From the NCBI GenBank assembly GCA_947625165.1, contig CANQNH010000003.1, positions 1 to 43,723 on the forward strand: a stretch of DNA of 43,723 bases. Direction: 5' to 3'. Positions 21,401-27,812 of this stretch are shown piece by piece (position 1 is the first letter of the stretch; each line of letters opens with the position of its first letter). The stretch is from an uncultured Clostridia bacterium (GTDB lineage: Bacteria; Bacillota; Clostridia; Christensenellales; UBA1242). The position numbers and the translations under genes are program-made. The notes below the pieces were generated by a model, which saw nothing but the letters and a program-made list of their open reading frames with translations, searched no databases and was not told the DNA's origin.

Positions 21401-23973
21401 GTCACTTGTTCGGTGCGGTTGTCAATTTCAAGGTCGGCATATTTCACCTTTGCCAAGTGAGTGACTTGCAAAACAATTTCGCCGGTCAAATAAAGCCTTT
21501 CATCAGCATTCTTTGCCCGAACTTTCAGTTTGACAACCCCCTCTTCATCAAAACCTTCCGTCAAAACAAGTTTGATGCTTTCCGCTTCCTGAACATTCAC
21601 TGTTTCGGCACATTTTGTCGAAACCCCGTCATCCTCGCCGGCAACCGCAAAGGCCTCCACAGCCGTCACATTTTCGTCAAGACTTGAAAGTTCAACAAAA
21701 AAGCCCGTTGCCTTGGTCAACCCCTGTTCTTTCAAACTTTCGTCAAAGCCAAACTTAAAGTTTTCTGCATCAAAAACAAACTCAATTTGTTTTGCAACAC
21801 AAATTTTTTCTTTCAATCCGCCAGATGACAAGGTTACATTCTCATTGTTGCTGATGGCAAAAACTTCAACATAATAATAGCCTTCGTGTTCAAACTCAAA
21901 TGTGTTTGTGGAGCAGGTTTCAACGGTCATCTCTTTGCTCGTCAGCCCTTTTGACAAATCACAAGCCTCAAAAGCCGCCTTATCCGGTTTTCCGTCAGCA
22001 GTGACAAATTCATAATATTCCAACCGATATTCATTTGCGCCCGCAACCTGTCCCCAAATGTATGTCAGTTGTGTTTCATCATCTCTGGCAACAGAGGTTG
22101 GCGTTTTCAAAATTTGCAGTTCTTTTTCAGTTCCAGACTTAATCACAAACTCTTCTTCACCGGCAACCGCAACAACACGAAGCCGAAACTGCTCGTTCAC
22201 TGGCGAAAGCGCTGTTTCAATGCGAGAGGAAAGTTCAATCTTCACCTGTCCATCTTCTTGAATTTGGACAGTGTAAAGTGGTTGCACTGTTTCGCCAACA
22301 ACATTTTCAAAACTTTCCCCATTCCACCTTTGAAGTTCATAGTCTGTGGCATTCTCCACCGCTTCAAACGAGAAAACCGATTTTCCATTTTCATATTTGT
22401 GCAGAATGCCGTCCGAAATTTGAGCAAGTTTGACAAATGTCAATTCCTCGCTTTCTGCGGAGTTCAAAACATATGCATCACTTCCCGAAACCTCGTTTTG
22501 CTGCTGCGTTGGCATCTGTTTGATGCTGACCGTTTCTTTTCCAACATCACCAAACGCGAACGCTGTTTCAGCGCTTGCCGCCCCTTGCATAAAACCATCG
22601 CCCGTCACACCCAAACGCTCAATTCCAAGCCTTGTCGAAACAAGTGGTGCGTTTGCAGTGACCGTCAAATTTATGCTGTCTCCGTTGATTTCGTTTTCTT
22701 TCGCAGTGGCGCTTTCAACTTTTGGCAGTTTATAAATCCTGTCAAACACAACCTCGTTGCTGTGATAGAAATATTTTTCCTCAACCTTTTTCGTGTTTGA
22801 GGCGACAACAGAAAGTTTCCAAATCCCCGCTGCCAAATCAGGAAGGTCGGTGAGAATGGTTGCATCACTGTTTTCAAATGTATGCTTTGACGACGTCACC
22901 TCTGTTGATGCCGTGAGAACATATTTCTCCGCTTTTTCATCAGTTTGAATTTGAATGCGTCCGCCATAAGTGCTTGAAAAATCATAGGTTGCATTTGGAG
23001 TGGCAAGTTTTTCAATGTTCAAAACTTCGCTTTCGCGCGCCCACTTTTCCCCAGTGGCATCAAACACCACAACCGAAACCGTTGCAGTTGTGCCAGGCTC
23101 AATCGCGTCAAAATAAGCCGACAAATCCATTTCGGTTTCTTCGGTCAGCTCGCCAAGTTCTCTGCCGTTCATTCGGACTTTATATTTCGCATTATCACCA
23201 GCAACAACACTGCTCCAAGACAATTTGCCTGTTTCGCCATCCCACGAAATTCCGCCGTTTTCAACAGTCAGTTCTGGCATAAATCCAAAGAAGAATGTTT
23301 GAGGGGTCACCACTTCGCTGTCATCAAAATAGCCCAATTTTTCGGCCTTGAAAGTCAAGCGATATTCTCCCACATCGGTCAAAACAAGTTTGTTTGGAGT
23401 TTCGCCATCGCCAGACGCCACCACTCTTTGATAGAAATCCTCCGAGCCCACAGTGACATCAGGATTTTCAGCATTATGTAAGATTTTTTGTCCCTCAACG
23501 ATGTATGCCTTTGCAAAGGTTGGGTCGCTTTGAGAGGTGTCAGTTTCAAACATTCCAAAACTTTCGTCCCAAGTTATCACCGCAACATCTTCGTTGTTTT
23601 CGTCTTTCTGAATTTCCATCTTGAAATTTGATGGCGCTTCAAATGGTTTGGCAACAACCACTTTCATCGAGGCAAGAGAGTTTTTGTTGAAAGTCGCATA
23701 GACTGTTGTGACACCAGACTTTTTCGCTTTAAACCCACCATCAACTTTCTCAAAAAGAGTGTCGTTTGAAAAACGATAGCCGATTTCATCTTTTTCGGCG
23801 TTCTTCAAATTCAAAAGATTGCCGAAGTCCATAACAAAATCTTGGTTGGAAAGATAGACAACCACTTCATCCTGCACAAAGTTTGCTTCGACTTTTTTCA
23901 GCGAGCACGCCATAAGCATACCCGACAAGGCGAGCATAAACACCGACATCAAAACAGCACAAAACCTTTTCAT
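12442..23973 (-). CDS. Giant (~3840 aa) surface lipoprotein with many beta-sandwich (FN3-like) repeats and a C-terminal GLUG-associated-type region
   Basis: Single 11.5 kb ORF. RBS GAAGAGG favours ATG 23973 (MKRFCAVL...LMA-C lipobox). Recurrent KLxxP and WxxVxxAxxY motifs, and C-terminal FAEGQGTSANPYVIKTAQQF and FDGILLGNG. Confidence 0.85.
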   Translation of the reverse strand: MKRFCAVLMSVFMLALSGMLMACSLKKVEANFVQDEVVVYLSNQDFVMDFGNLLNLKNAEKDEIGYRFSNDTLFEKVDGGFKAKKSGVTTVYATFNKNSLASMKVVVAKPFEAPSNFKMEIQKDENNEDVAVITWDESFGMFETDTSQSDPTFAKAYIVEGQKILHNAENPDVTVGSEDFYQRVVASGDGETPNKLVLTDVGEYRLTFKAEKLGYFDDSEVVTPQTFFFGFMPELTVENGGISWDGETGKLSWSSVVAGDNAKYKVRMNGRELGELTEETEMDLSAYFDAIEPGTTATVSVVVFDATGEKWARESEVLNIEKLATPNATYDFSSTYGGRIQIQTDEKAEKYVLTASTEVTSSKHTFENSDATILTDLPDLAAGIWKLSVVASNTKKVEEKYFYHSNEVVFDRIYKLPKVESATAKENEINGDSINLTVTANAPLVSTRLGIERLGVTGDGFMQGAASAETAFAFGDVGKETVSIKQMPTQQQNEVSGSDAYVLNSAESEELTFVKLAQISDGILHKYENGKSVFSFEAVENATDYELQRWNGESFENVVGETVQPLYTVQIQEDGQVKIELSSRIETALSPVNEQFRLRVVAVAGEEEFVIKSGTEKELQILKTPTSVARDDETQLTYIWGQVAGANEYRLEYYEFVTADGKPDKAAFEACDLSKGLTSKEMTVETCSTNTFEFEHEGYYYVEVFAISNNENVTLSSGGLKEKICVAKQIEFVFDAENFKFGFDESLKEQGLTKATGFFVELSSLDENVTAVEAFAVAGEDDGVSTKCAETVNVQEAESIKLVLTEGFDEEGVVKLKVRAKNADERLYLTGEIVLQVTHLAKVKYADLEIDNRTEQVTIRKTKGVSEIVVSKGDKLLANSTEDATIKIVDDEGNFVKFSLDITLNGSKKEGNYFEIEKTESEDETELNVFLESGKSNIAFQRLSNPTNLQFESGKLVFEHDQATATAYYVVDIDCTGVNGDTNKFTVRFETEKVTVDRHSGEFGVKVDYVEELLEGNKISINIQSFIDKLNEVEDLSSVFAQANSIKFRVFAYQNTERDSEGSTFVQISSLFAKTANEEDFVEVKKFDEVVPTFDYEGQNYTLSWNSAAVGGEPLGAPQLANVQYEIYVRSESGEDTLLESVSTNSFTNFTSEHKTVGQFFTFYVKVSHPQYLTSNASSLVKIYKLRPLDKVTLTDLAELAYVAPEIDFSTAVKVEYGSRVLSENSTSGKVKIEGTENPYDFTIIGQKVEEKEHPEQEEAGKLLCTTYYINSEKASWTAKAMNDEGVKPENDTITFEGNVVSWKEYGVGKNLPSLEYVLIFKDTAGRIATFKTTKTSVNLTDAEDENAQQLLQDLQEFQAGEITVSLSAHLGAYSVVAGDVFYADAQKLLNTVDEGAGECNHYIYNASAVTQKLAMPELSALEYVYEKSDPLNAQHPDVKLSLKGNYGGNGTFEIYRVASTGREYLRKVTASNAGEAYDVTLSSAEIANYLTTENDLKFEIYAVSEGDNAHALLPSSAYVLTLKRAHDLSGVTFKPDQIGFGKVVQFTYSEEFLEELAEGVVLKVDIFSGESSSPTITTSKAFFVTFSGEVDGSEGLFEYDLGTTQSEWFNENLASGGQIKLSAFVNNSAQNSKYFLASVGGTQVNASGMVESEPFEVLASVSDANISRTVNGFEITGGRDGKVAYFVKNGAEIYVVKANGEGRFVFDAPDNWENGQFNLKVMATHETEVISTQTKYYVSSVEKEVLFTMKRLESVDADTIKIERSDDEMRLVWKVVDNAQGYILRTYKVVDGEKGDLVYEYQTDNTNSGGLVKRTLYEIFGETYENLIGENKFSREDLEEDCQVFFELVAVGDGENFNNSHACTFNATIVGNPIRKEDVSVSMGRVYLAGLEEGQKLMYRYVIVDGLETRPIQSWKTTTVVNSTTVLLEIDLKEESAQAFYVEVVIIGEGAASGANFLLDSMPYSSFGDFGFYKVNDILQIQHDPDHPDGITFTLDTLDENNFLYVGRNKQSLDKEEVVSIELTGGITSTSGVGVDFRYSLLDILTALSDSGWSVEMTENMSLTFWAYKQSTPEALYLASKAAKYEFSYISDIQFQEVVKLGTDAKNKGDGDIQEDFVNTYVLFGNDDDEEDMVGGFLTSGFYVKVKQDDFVQTVFVSKEQALSNPYFETTFAVNLVDVFNNEKLEGRSGYFELEFAKVGTKTKFCVSDWLKTDKSGKPFKFFRYANVTSLMIRGGNLTWEGVDAEQYYVYFVASIGGSSPVAWAHIKTKTTTVDTSKMFCDDTSIYVAVQAICEDTSNLSVVSSALTFYSDVSGLPIKVRKNKVQTSVIQIDDGRLFIDWNKDGKFFKLLTEEPSEARSLSMIAEELASEDTIFEEPFTFTLKDLLEENMLFLRLRFTPLAEGGGVQGYARSYDVPIVELVSNLIDFYSRNASGNLKDRIDALVEATTLGSSKATLANFYERIERASAGLGGPALFVDDYLNTLQAGKYKMEYCLLGNAFSLNSYMYEYENSLGKNEIYINGEPDVTITVDQEKSQDYTKALKVTVKKSKVWTYSSSSSAYTQIDATGYYLKVGESYYTLVQSGGWRLQCLSNTALSTTATVTDNGDTLEFYINYNSGDSLLGRFESEIDKVEPKQFQICAIGTDYSLSSKSEMFAMTFLELTQFGIRDGQFYWQTQQNRDTYVIYKQNRATEESTRVSGDLTNPTFSLSGMDGTEASGAGLYEYIRFLLIGGVTGNTIYVDSDMLQIQNVFKLYAPQLQNKLGHLFIKGDEQNRTYLANSYSDTDKYVYNLYNDVSTIGLTYLQVCDEEKYFGFEYETGIVPGLDPETPEAAFKATEFNAKNFYAESLGSTATFKKKTNGSSSAYYIKDLECVDVATGEARTEGVVVKSNVGALPAVMLDKVVQETMQIVGGLLNFDTVVGREIDGSSLKIPESAQDVYKIRVERYTTNEVENVETRVGTEDDIETFYTALEKDGKIVFDFLNVKEKPELDREDVLYKVTVQAVALLSGSNEVPLVEGGFAGGHTKYANSNFESLMSEGAVLSGLKRIKPIDEGSLSVNENGLLSWTYTPAVTSVAGDTLTENNLENYFRFVVADENGREYVGTKTITYADGTFTITFAETPGERTIPEGISTLQVYVVIGSGNPDRQLINSVARSGQFTKLTGILGTDFEVLTMSGNEYISFENYFTRPDSQQNEIVAHFEDLNALNGSAEREIVFTSSKNKLYIMKDSVNTESVSWPDGYVEDYVIITSEDTSKVWFEVRCEGKLNSNRSEAFMLHRTSVENVKIAWDDEEQEFSWDYPFNSFNSVVTAQQMKYVYTANATCPLYENEDDLETPSEKTVESGEVLNVAEDVAEKDHIKIIKDGAFYFVKRTDFKKEIQEDMGEDGAQKTKTFDGSALVKVVENQGENAIVEIEGELFRVSASKIEKPTFVVEATYIIGDAQEVRTYTIKESTFKPTIVATVKLKLRIKLNQTSIQSDELSYVDETDADGNGSTDSVEFNLFAEGQGTSANPYVIKTAQQFANIKHRMSKDLNEYTTAGLQHKDEETRYYFSLEPEGDDGLQLDFSGIYVDGAFDGILLGNGNTVSFTSSGVERLDSTLDVRNTDTAISDGNETKFSFKNATALFREIRQGAQIQNLHIKANFQSSATIQDRTLISAIAISNSGVIEGVEIDEFSTNFVGYVASSTVLTMSYSGVVSVNRGTLKNCKFNAQTEIQDSGRAQNIFFAGLVYTNYATLEDCSTAETASLKMVLSATGASGIQIAGIAISNIGGNIKAENNATISVNATKSNSMTCFAGGVVVLQKGVFDLQTQSTKVPTVSGISTMTVDDGSGYATTKSVG

Positions 23974-24169
23974 AAAAAACCTCTTCAACATTTTGAGAAT
24001 TTTCTTTCGGATGGTCGCGTCAAAACTACTTGTTTTTATTTTAACACTTTTGGTTTGAATTTATCAAATAAAAACACGAAATAAATTATATAAAAATAAA
24101 GACATTTTTTCTCGCCGTTTTGTGAACAAACCACCACATCTCAAAAAAGTTTTTCTGTTCGATTTTTAA

Positions 24170-24335
24170 AGGCAGAAAAATCAATCAAAAACACAACAAA
24201 TTTTTAAGAAAACAAACAAAAGCAAAAAAACAAAAAAATAAAAAAATTCAAAAAAAATGCGTTTTTTTACAATTTTTTACGCATTTTTTAATAATTTTTT
24301 CAACTTTTTCATTTTTCACATATTTTTTCACCATA
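24170..24335. repeat. Phased A-arm/T-arm pseudo-palindrome
   Basis: A-tracts run up to AAAAAAATGCGTTTTTTT (about 24251-24268), then T-tracts start at 24262, 24273, 24284, 24295 and 24305. Confidence 0.75.
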
Positions 24336-24358
24336 GAAAATCGGATGGAAAAATAGTT

Positions 24359-25177
24359 TCAAAATGTTCTCCATTTTGGCAATTTTTCAAAAGTCTGGTT
24401 GTTCAAACTTTCCAGCTTAACCCAATCAAATTTCAACCGATAGCAGCACAATTTTTGATGATTTTGTCCAAATTTTTTGTTGTCGCTGTTCTTGCCATAT
24501 TTGCCATCACCCATAATTGGAAAGCCCAAAAATGCAAGATGCGCCCTGATTTGATGCGTTCTGCCGGTCAACAATTCCACCTCAAGCACACTTGTCTCGT
24601 TGCCCGCTTTGAGCGTTTTGATTTTTGTTGAAATTGGCAAAGAGTTTTTGACAGGTCGGTCAAAAATTTTCACAAAGGATTTGTCGCTGTCTTTCACCAA
24701 AAAAGCATCAAAAGTTTTGTCCACATCAAGCCTGCCAATCACTTCTGTGAGATAAAATTTGTGAATTTTGTGATTTTTTATGGCATTTTTAAGCAATTTT
24801 TCGCTTTTTTCATTTTTTGCAAAAACAACAAGCCCTTCTGTGTTGCGGTCCAGACGATGCACTGCAACGGCTTTGACAACTCCTTCAACACCATTTTCGC
24901 CCTGCGTTTCAATTCCTGCGTGCTTAAAAACAATGATGCAATCATCGTCCTCAAAGACCCTTTCAACTTTCTTTTCCAAGATATCTGGCAGAAAGTAACA
25001 AATCACCGTCTGCCCCGCACAAACCAAAACATCGTCTTTCACAGCAACGCCGTCAACCCGAACATCTTTGCTACGCAGCATCTTTCGGGCATCAGAAAAA
25101 GAAAATCCGCAATCTTGCAGAATAGCACTGATTTTTTTTGTTTTTTCGACTATAATTTCCTTTTTGTTCATATACAT
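24359..25177 (-). CDS. RluA-family (RluC/RluD-like) RNA pseudouridine synthase with an N-terminal S4-like domain
   Basis: VHRLDRNTEGL catalytic motif, LLTGRTHQIRAHL and PIMGDGKYG. Confidence 0.93.
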   Translation of the reverse strand: MYMNKKEIIVEKTKKISAILQDCGFSFSDARKMLRSKDVRVDGVAVKDDVLVCAGQTVICYFLPDILEKKVERVFEDDDCIIVFKHAGIETQGENGVEGVVKAVAVHRLDRNTEGLVVFAKNEKSEKLLKNAIKNHKIHKFYLTEVIGRLDVDKTFDAFLVKDSDKSFVKIFDRPVKNSLPISTKIKTLKAGNETSVLEVELLTGRTHQIRAHLAFLGFPIMGDGKYGKNSDNKKFGQNHQKLCCYRLKFDWVKLESLNNQTFEKLPKWRTF

Positions 25178-25251
25178 AAGTTGAGAAAATTGTTTTTCTT
25201 CAAAGAAAATTTAGCATATTTTTTGCATTTTTGCAAGCAAAAGGAGAAAAT

Positions 25252-25500
25252 ATGGAAACAATTTTGATTGAGGACAGAAAAAAACTGATAATCAAGGGCG
25301 CAACACGGGTGCTTTCATCAACAAACACTCAAGCCGTTGTTGAACTTGGCGGAACAAACATCGTTGTTTCTGGGACAAACATTGAAGTGACAAAACTTGA
25401 CCTTGAAAACAAAGAGGTTTGTTTTTCTGGCAGCTTCACCGCGCTGAAATATGCACAAAAAACAGAGAAAACAAATTTGTTGAAAAGGCTGTTTAAATAA
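25252..25500 (+). CDS. yabP: YabP/YqfC-family sporulation protein
   Basis: AAGGAG RBS and ATG 25252. METILIEDRKKLIIKG...IEVTKLDLENKEV...TNLLKRLFK matches the YabP pattern, and a yabQ-like gene follows. Confidence 0.8.
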   Translation: METILIEDRKKLIIKGATRVLSSTNTQAVVELGGTNIVVSGTNIEVTKLDLENKEVCFSGSFTALKYAQKTEKTNLLKRLFK

Positions 25501-25502
25501 GT

Positions 25503-25883
25503 ATGTTGTATGAAACACTTGCCCAGCCAACGATATTTTTTTGCATATGTTTGGGCGGATTTTTTTCTGGAATAATTTTTGACCTAAAAACGATTTTGAC
25601 AACTTTTTTCAAAAAAAATCGTTTTTTTTGCCATTTTTTTATGTTTTTGGCATCATTTTTTGTGATTTTTCTGTTTTTTGTTTTAAATTTGAAACTTAAT
25701 TTTGGTGAATTTCGGCTTTACACCGTCTTCACATTTTTGCTTGCTTTTTGCATTGAGCGCTTCTTTGTTTCCAATTTTGTTGCAAAACCCGTCGCCAAGT
25801 GTTACAATATCATCAAAGGAAAAATCAATGAGCGAAGAACAGCAAGAGCAAAAAAAAATCAAACTGAAAATTGTCAAAACTGA
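25503..25883 (+). CDS. yabQ: Spore cortex biosynthesis protein YabQ-like
   Basis: Q...FF...LGGFFSGIIFD start, NFGEFRLY motif, multi-TM profile and position after yabP. Confidence 0.75.
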   Translation: MLYETLAQPTIFFCICLGGFFSGIIFDLKTILTTFFKKNRFFCHFFMFLASFFVIFLFFVLNLKLNFGEFRLYTVFTFLLAFCIERFFVSNFVAKPVAKCYNIIKGKINERRTARAKKNQTENCQN

Positions 25884-26187
25884 CACTCCTGACGAGCAAG
25901 CACTCGCAGAAAAAAAAACGACAATCAAATTGTCTGTCAGGGCAAAAGATGACGATTTGCAATCTGACAAAAAAAATTCCGAAAACGAAAATCAAACAAA
26001 CGAGAACAAAAAAGGCTCGGCCTTCAAAATTACGGCAATCGTTTTGACAACAATTCTTGTTGTTGCCATCATCGTTCAAATCTGCGTTATGGTTTGGCTC
26101 AAATTCTCAACAGACAACTTGAAAAACAAAAATGACAAAATTCCTCCTGTGGAAGATGCCTCATACAGTCTTTTTGTTGACGAATAG
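25828..26187 (+). CDS. Small bitopic membrane protein at the divIC position
   Basis: AAAGGA RBS and ATG 25828 (MSEEQQEQ...). Charged N-terminus, one TM segment (AFKITAIVLTTILVVAIIVQICVMVWL) and a short C-tail. Confidence 0.65.
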   Translation: MSEEQQEQKKIKLKIVKTDTPDEQALAEKKTTIKLSVRAKDDDLQSDKKNSENENQTNENKKGSAFKITAIVLTTILVVAIIVQICVMVWLKFSTDNLKNKNDKIPPVEDASYSLFVDE

Positions 26188-26189
26188 GG

Positions 26190-26855
26190 TCAATAGAACA
26201 GACCAACGATTTTTGAAAGCAAATTTTCATATAAAAAATTGGAAATTTGTCCGCTTCTCACAAATTGCAAAAGCCCCTCGCTTAAGATGATGTTTGAAAG
26301 CATAGTAAGCGAGAAAAAGACAATTCCAAACACAATCATCCCTTTCAAAAGCCCTAAAACACCGCCCAAAATGCGATTTCCAACCGAAAACCCGCATTTT
26401 TTTATTAATTTGTTCAGAAAAAGACGCAAAATTTTCAACAAAATTTCAAAAACAATAAAAACAATCAGAAAAAGCACCACTTTGATGAGAATTGTTGAGA
26501 TTGTTGGTGCAAGAATTTGCCCAGCGGTCAAAGTTCCGTCAAAAAAGATGTTTCCAATCAATTTTGAGATGAAAAAGGAAAAAAGTGTGCCAAATTTAGT
26601 CGCTGAAAGCGCAAATTCCAAATCTTCAACGCTGGCAAAATTCCCCTTGACAAGACCATCAAACAGTCCGCCAAGCGTTTCTTTGACAAAATCACCGCAA
26701 TAGTTTTCTGCAATTGGCAAAAATTGATGCATAAGTTGCAAAGAAATCAATGCCACCACAAATGTGCCAACAAGAGAAAACAGCGTTGAAACAAACCCTT
26801 TCAAACACCCACGAACAAAATAGAATGCCAAAATCAAAAGAAGGACAAAATCCAC
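26190..26855 (-). CDS. cvpA: CvpA (colicin V production) family membrane protein
   Basis: DFVLLLILAFYFVRGCLKGFV N-terminus and NRILGGVLGLLKG motif. Confidence 0.85.
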   Translation of the reverse strand: MDFVLLLILAFYFVRGCLKGFVSTLFSLVGTFVVALISLQLMHQFLPIAENYCGDFVKETLGGLFDGLVKGNFASVEDLEFALSATKFGTLFSFFISKLIGNIFFDGTLTAGQILAPTISTILIKVVLFLIVFIVFEILLKILRLFLNKLIKKCGFSVGNRILGGVLGLLKGMIVFGIVFFSLTMLSNIILSEGLLQFVRSGQISNFLYENLLSKIVGLFY

Positions 26856-27043
26856 ATCTCAATTTTTGACTTTTTGTGCTCTTTGCAAACACTTTGAGTA
26901 AAATTTTTGCGATTTTCAAAAAAATGTTTTTGAATGTTTTAAAATATATTTTCTGTTTTTTATTTTTTTCATTTTTCAAAAAAATTGTTTTTTGCACCCA
27001 ATTAACACTATTTTCAATAAAAAAACGAGGTTTTGCTTAAAAC

Positions 27044-27598
27044 TCATTTTTCTTCATTGGAAACTTGATGCTCTTGCGCATCATCCACTGTTTGTGATTG
27101 AACATCTTCCAAAATTTGTGGCTCAGCATCTTCCAACACCTCTTTTTCATCAATGCTTATCGTTTGGACAAAGTCCCAGAGAGGTTGCATTGTCTTGTCC
27201 ACAAGGTCAACATAGACGCATCGCCCCTGAAAAACACCACGATTTCCACGATACAAGTTGAAGCCTTGATATTCCGGAACAACTTCAAACACAAGTTCAT
27301 CAAAAAGCAAGTCGTTGATTTCACACGGACGCTCAAATTTCAAAGAGACATATGTCCCTTCTTGGATTTTTTGTTGAAAATCATTTTCAAACATCACGGC
27401 AAGAGAAGGCAGCGTGTGAGAACCTTCAAAAAGTGAAGCCACTTGCATTTTCAAATCTTCTTGCTGCTGGGCACTTAAAACAATCTCTTGTCCATCAACA
27501 AGAAGGCTGGTGTTTTGCGCAAATGGTATTGCATCCGTTGCTTGAAAAAACGACATAATCATCATTGGCACTCCGAAAACAAAAAACAGAAACCTCAT
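27044..27598 (-). CDS. Hypothetical protein with a hydrophobic N-terminus and acidic tail
   Basis: 184 aa ORF with strong RBS GGAGGGTG and normal coding composition. Confidence 0.7.
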   Translation of the reverse strand: MRFLFFVFGVPMMIMSFFQATDAIPFAQNTSLLVDGQEIVLSAQQQEDLKMQVASLFEGSHTLPSLAVMFENDFQQKIQEGTYVSLKFERPCEINDLLFDELVFEVVPEYQGFNLYRGNRGVFQGRCVYVDLVDKTMQPLWDFVQTISIDEKEVLEDAEPQILEDVQSQTVDDAQEHQVSNEEK

Positions 27599-27619
27599 TT
27601 TTCACCCTCCCAAATTTTT

Positions 27620-27790
27620 GTTTAGTTTGTGAAAAACACAATTTTTAATTCGGTTTTTTCTGTTTTTTGCGATTATTTTTTGATTTTTTTCACATTTTTT
27701 TGCTTTTTTATGATTTTATTACTTTATTTTTCCAATTCTCAAATTTATTTTTTGTTGTGTTTTTTTGTCTGCGAAAATTTTTCTTCATCT
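27620..27790. repeat. Phased T-tract intergenic DNA
   Basis: T-tract starts at 27642, 27654, 27663, 27676, 27684, 27695, 27704 and 27714. Confidence 0.75.
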
Positions 27791-27812
27791 GCATATTTTT
27801 GCGCGAGAAATT

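Noticed and set aside
12682-23481. Numerous short ORFs within or antisense to the giant gene
   Set aside because: They are expected shadows given the codon bias, with no independent RBS or motifs.
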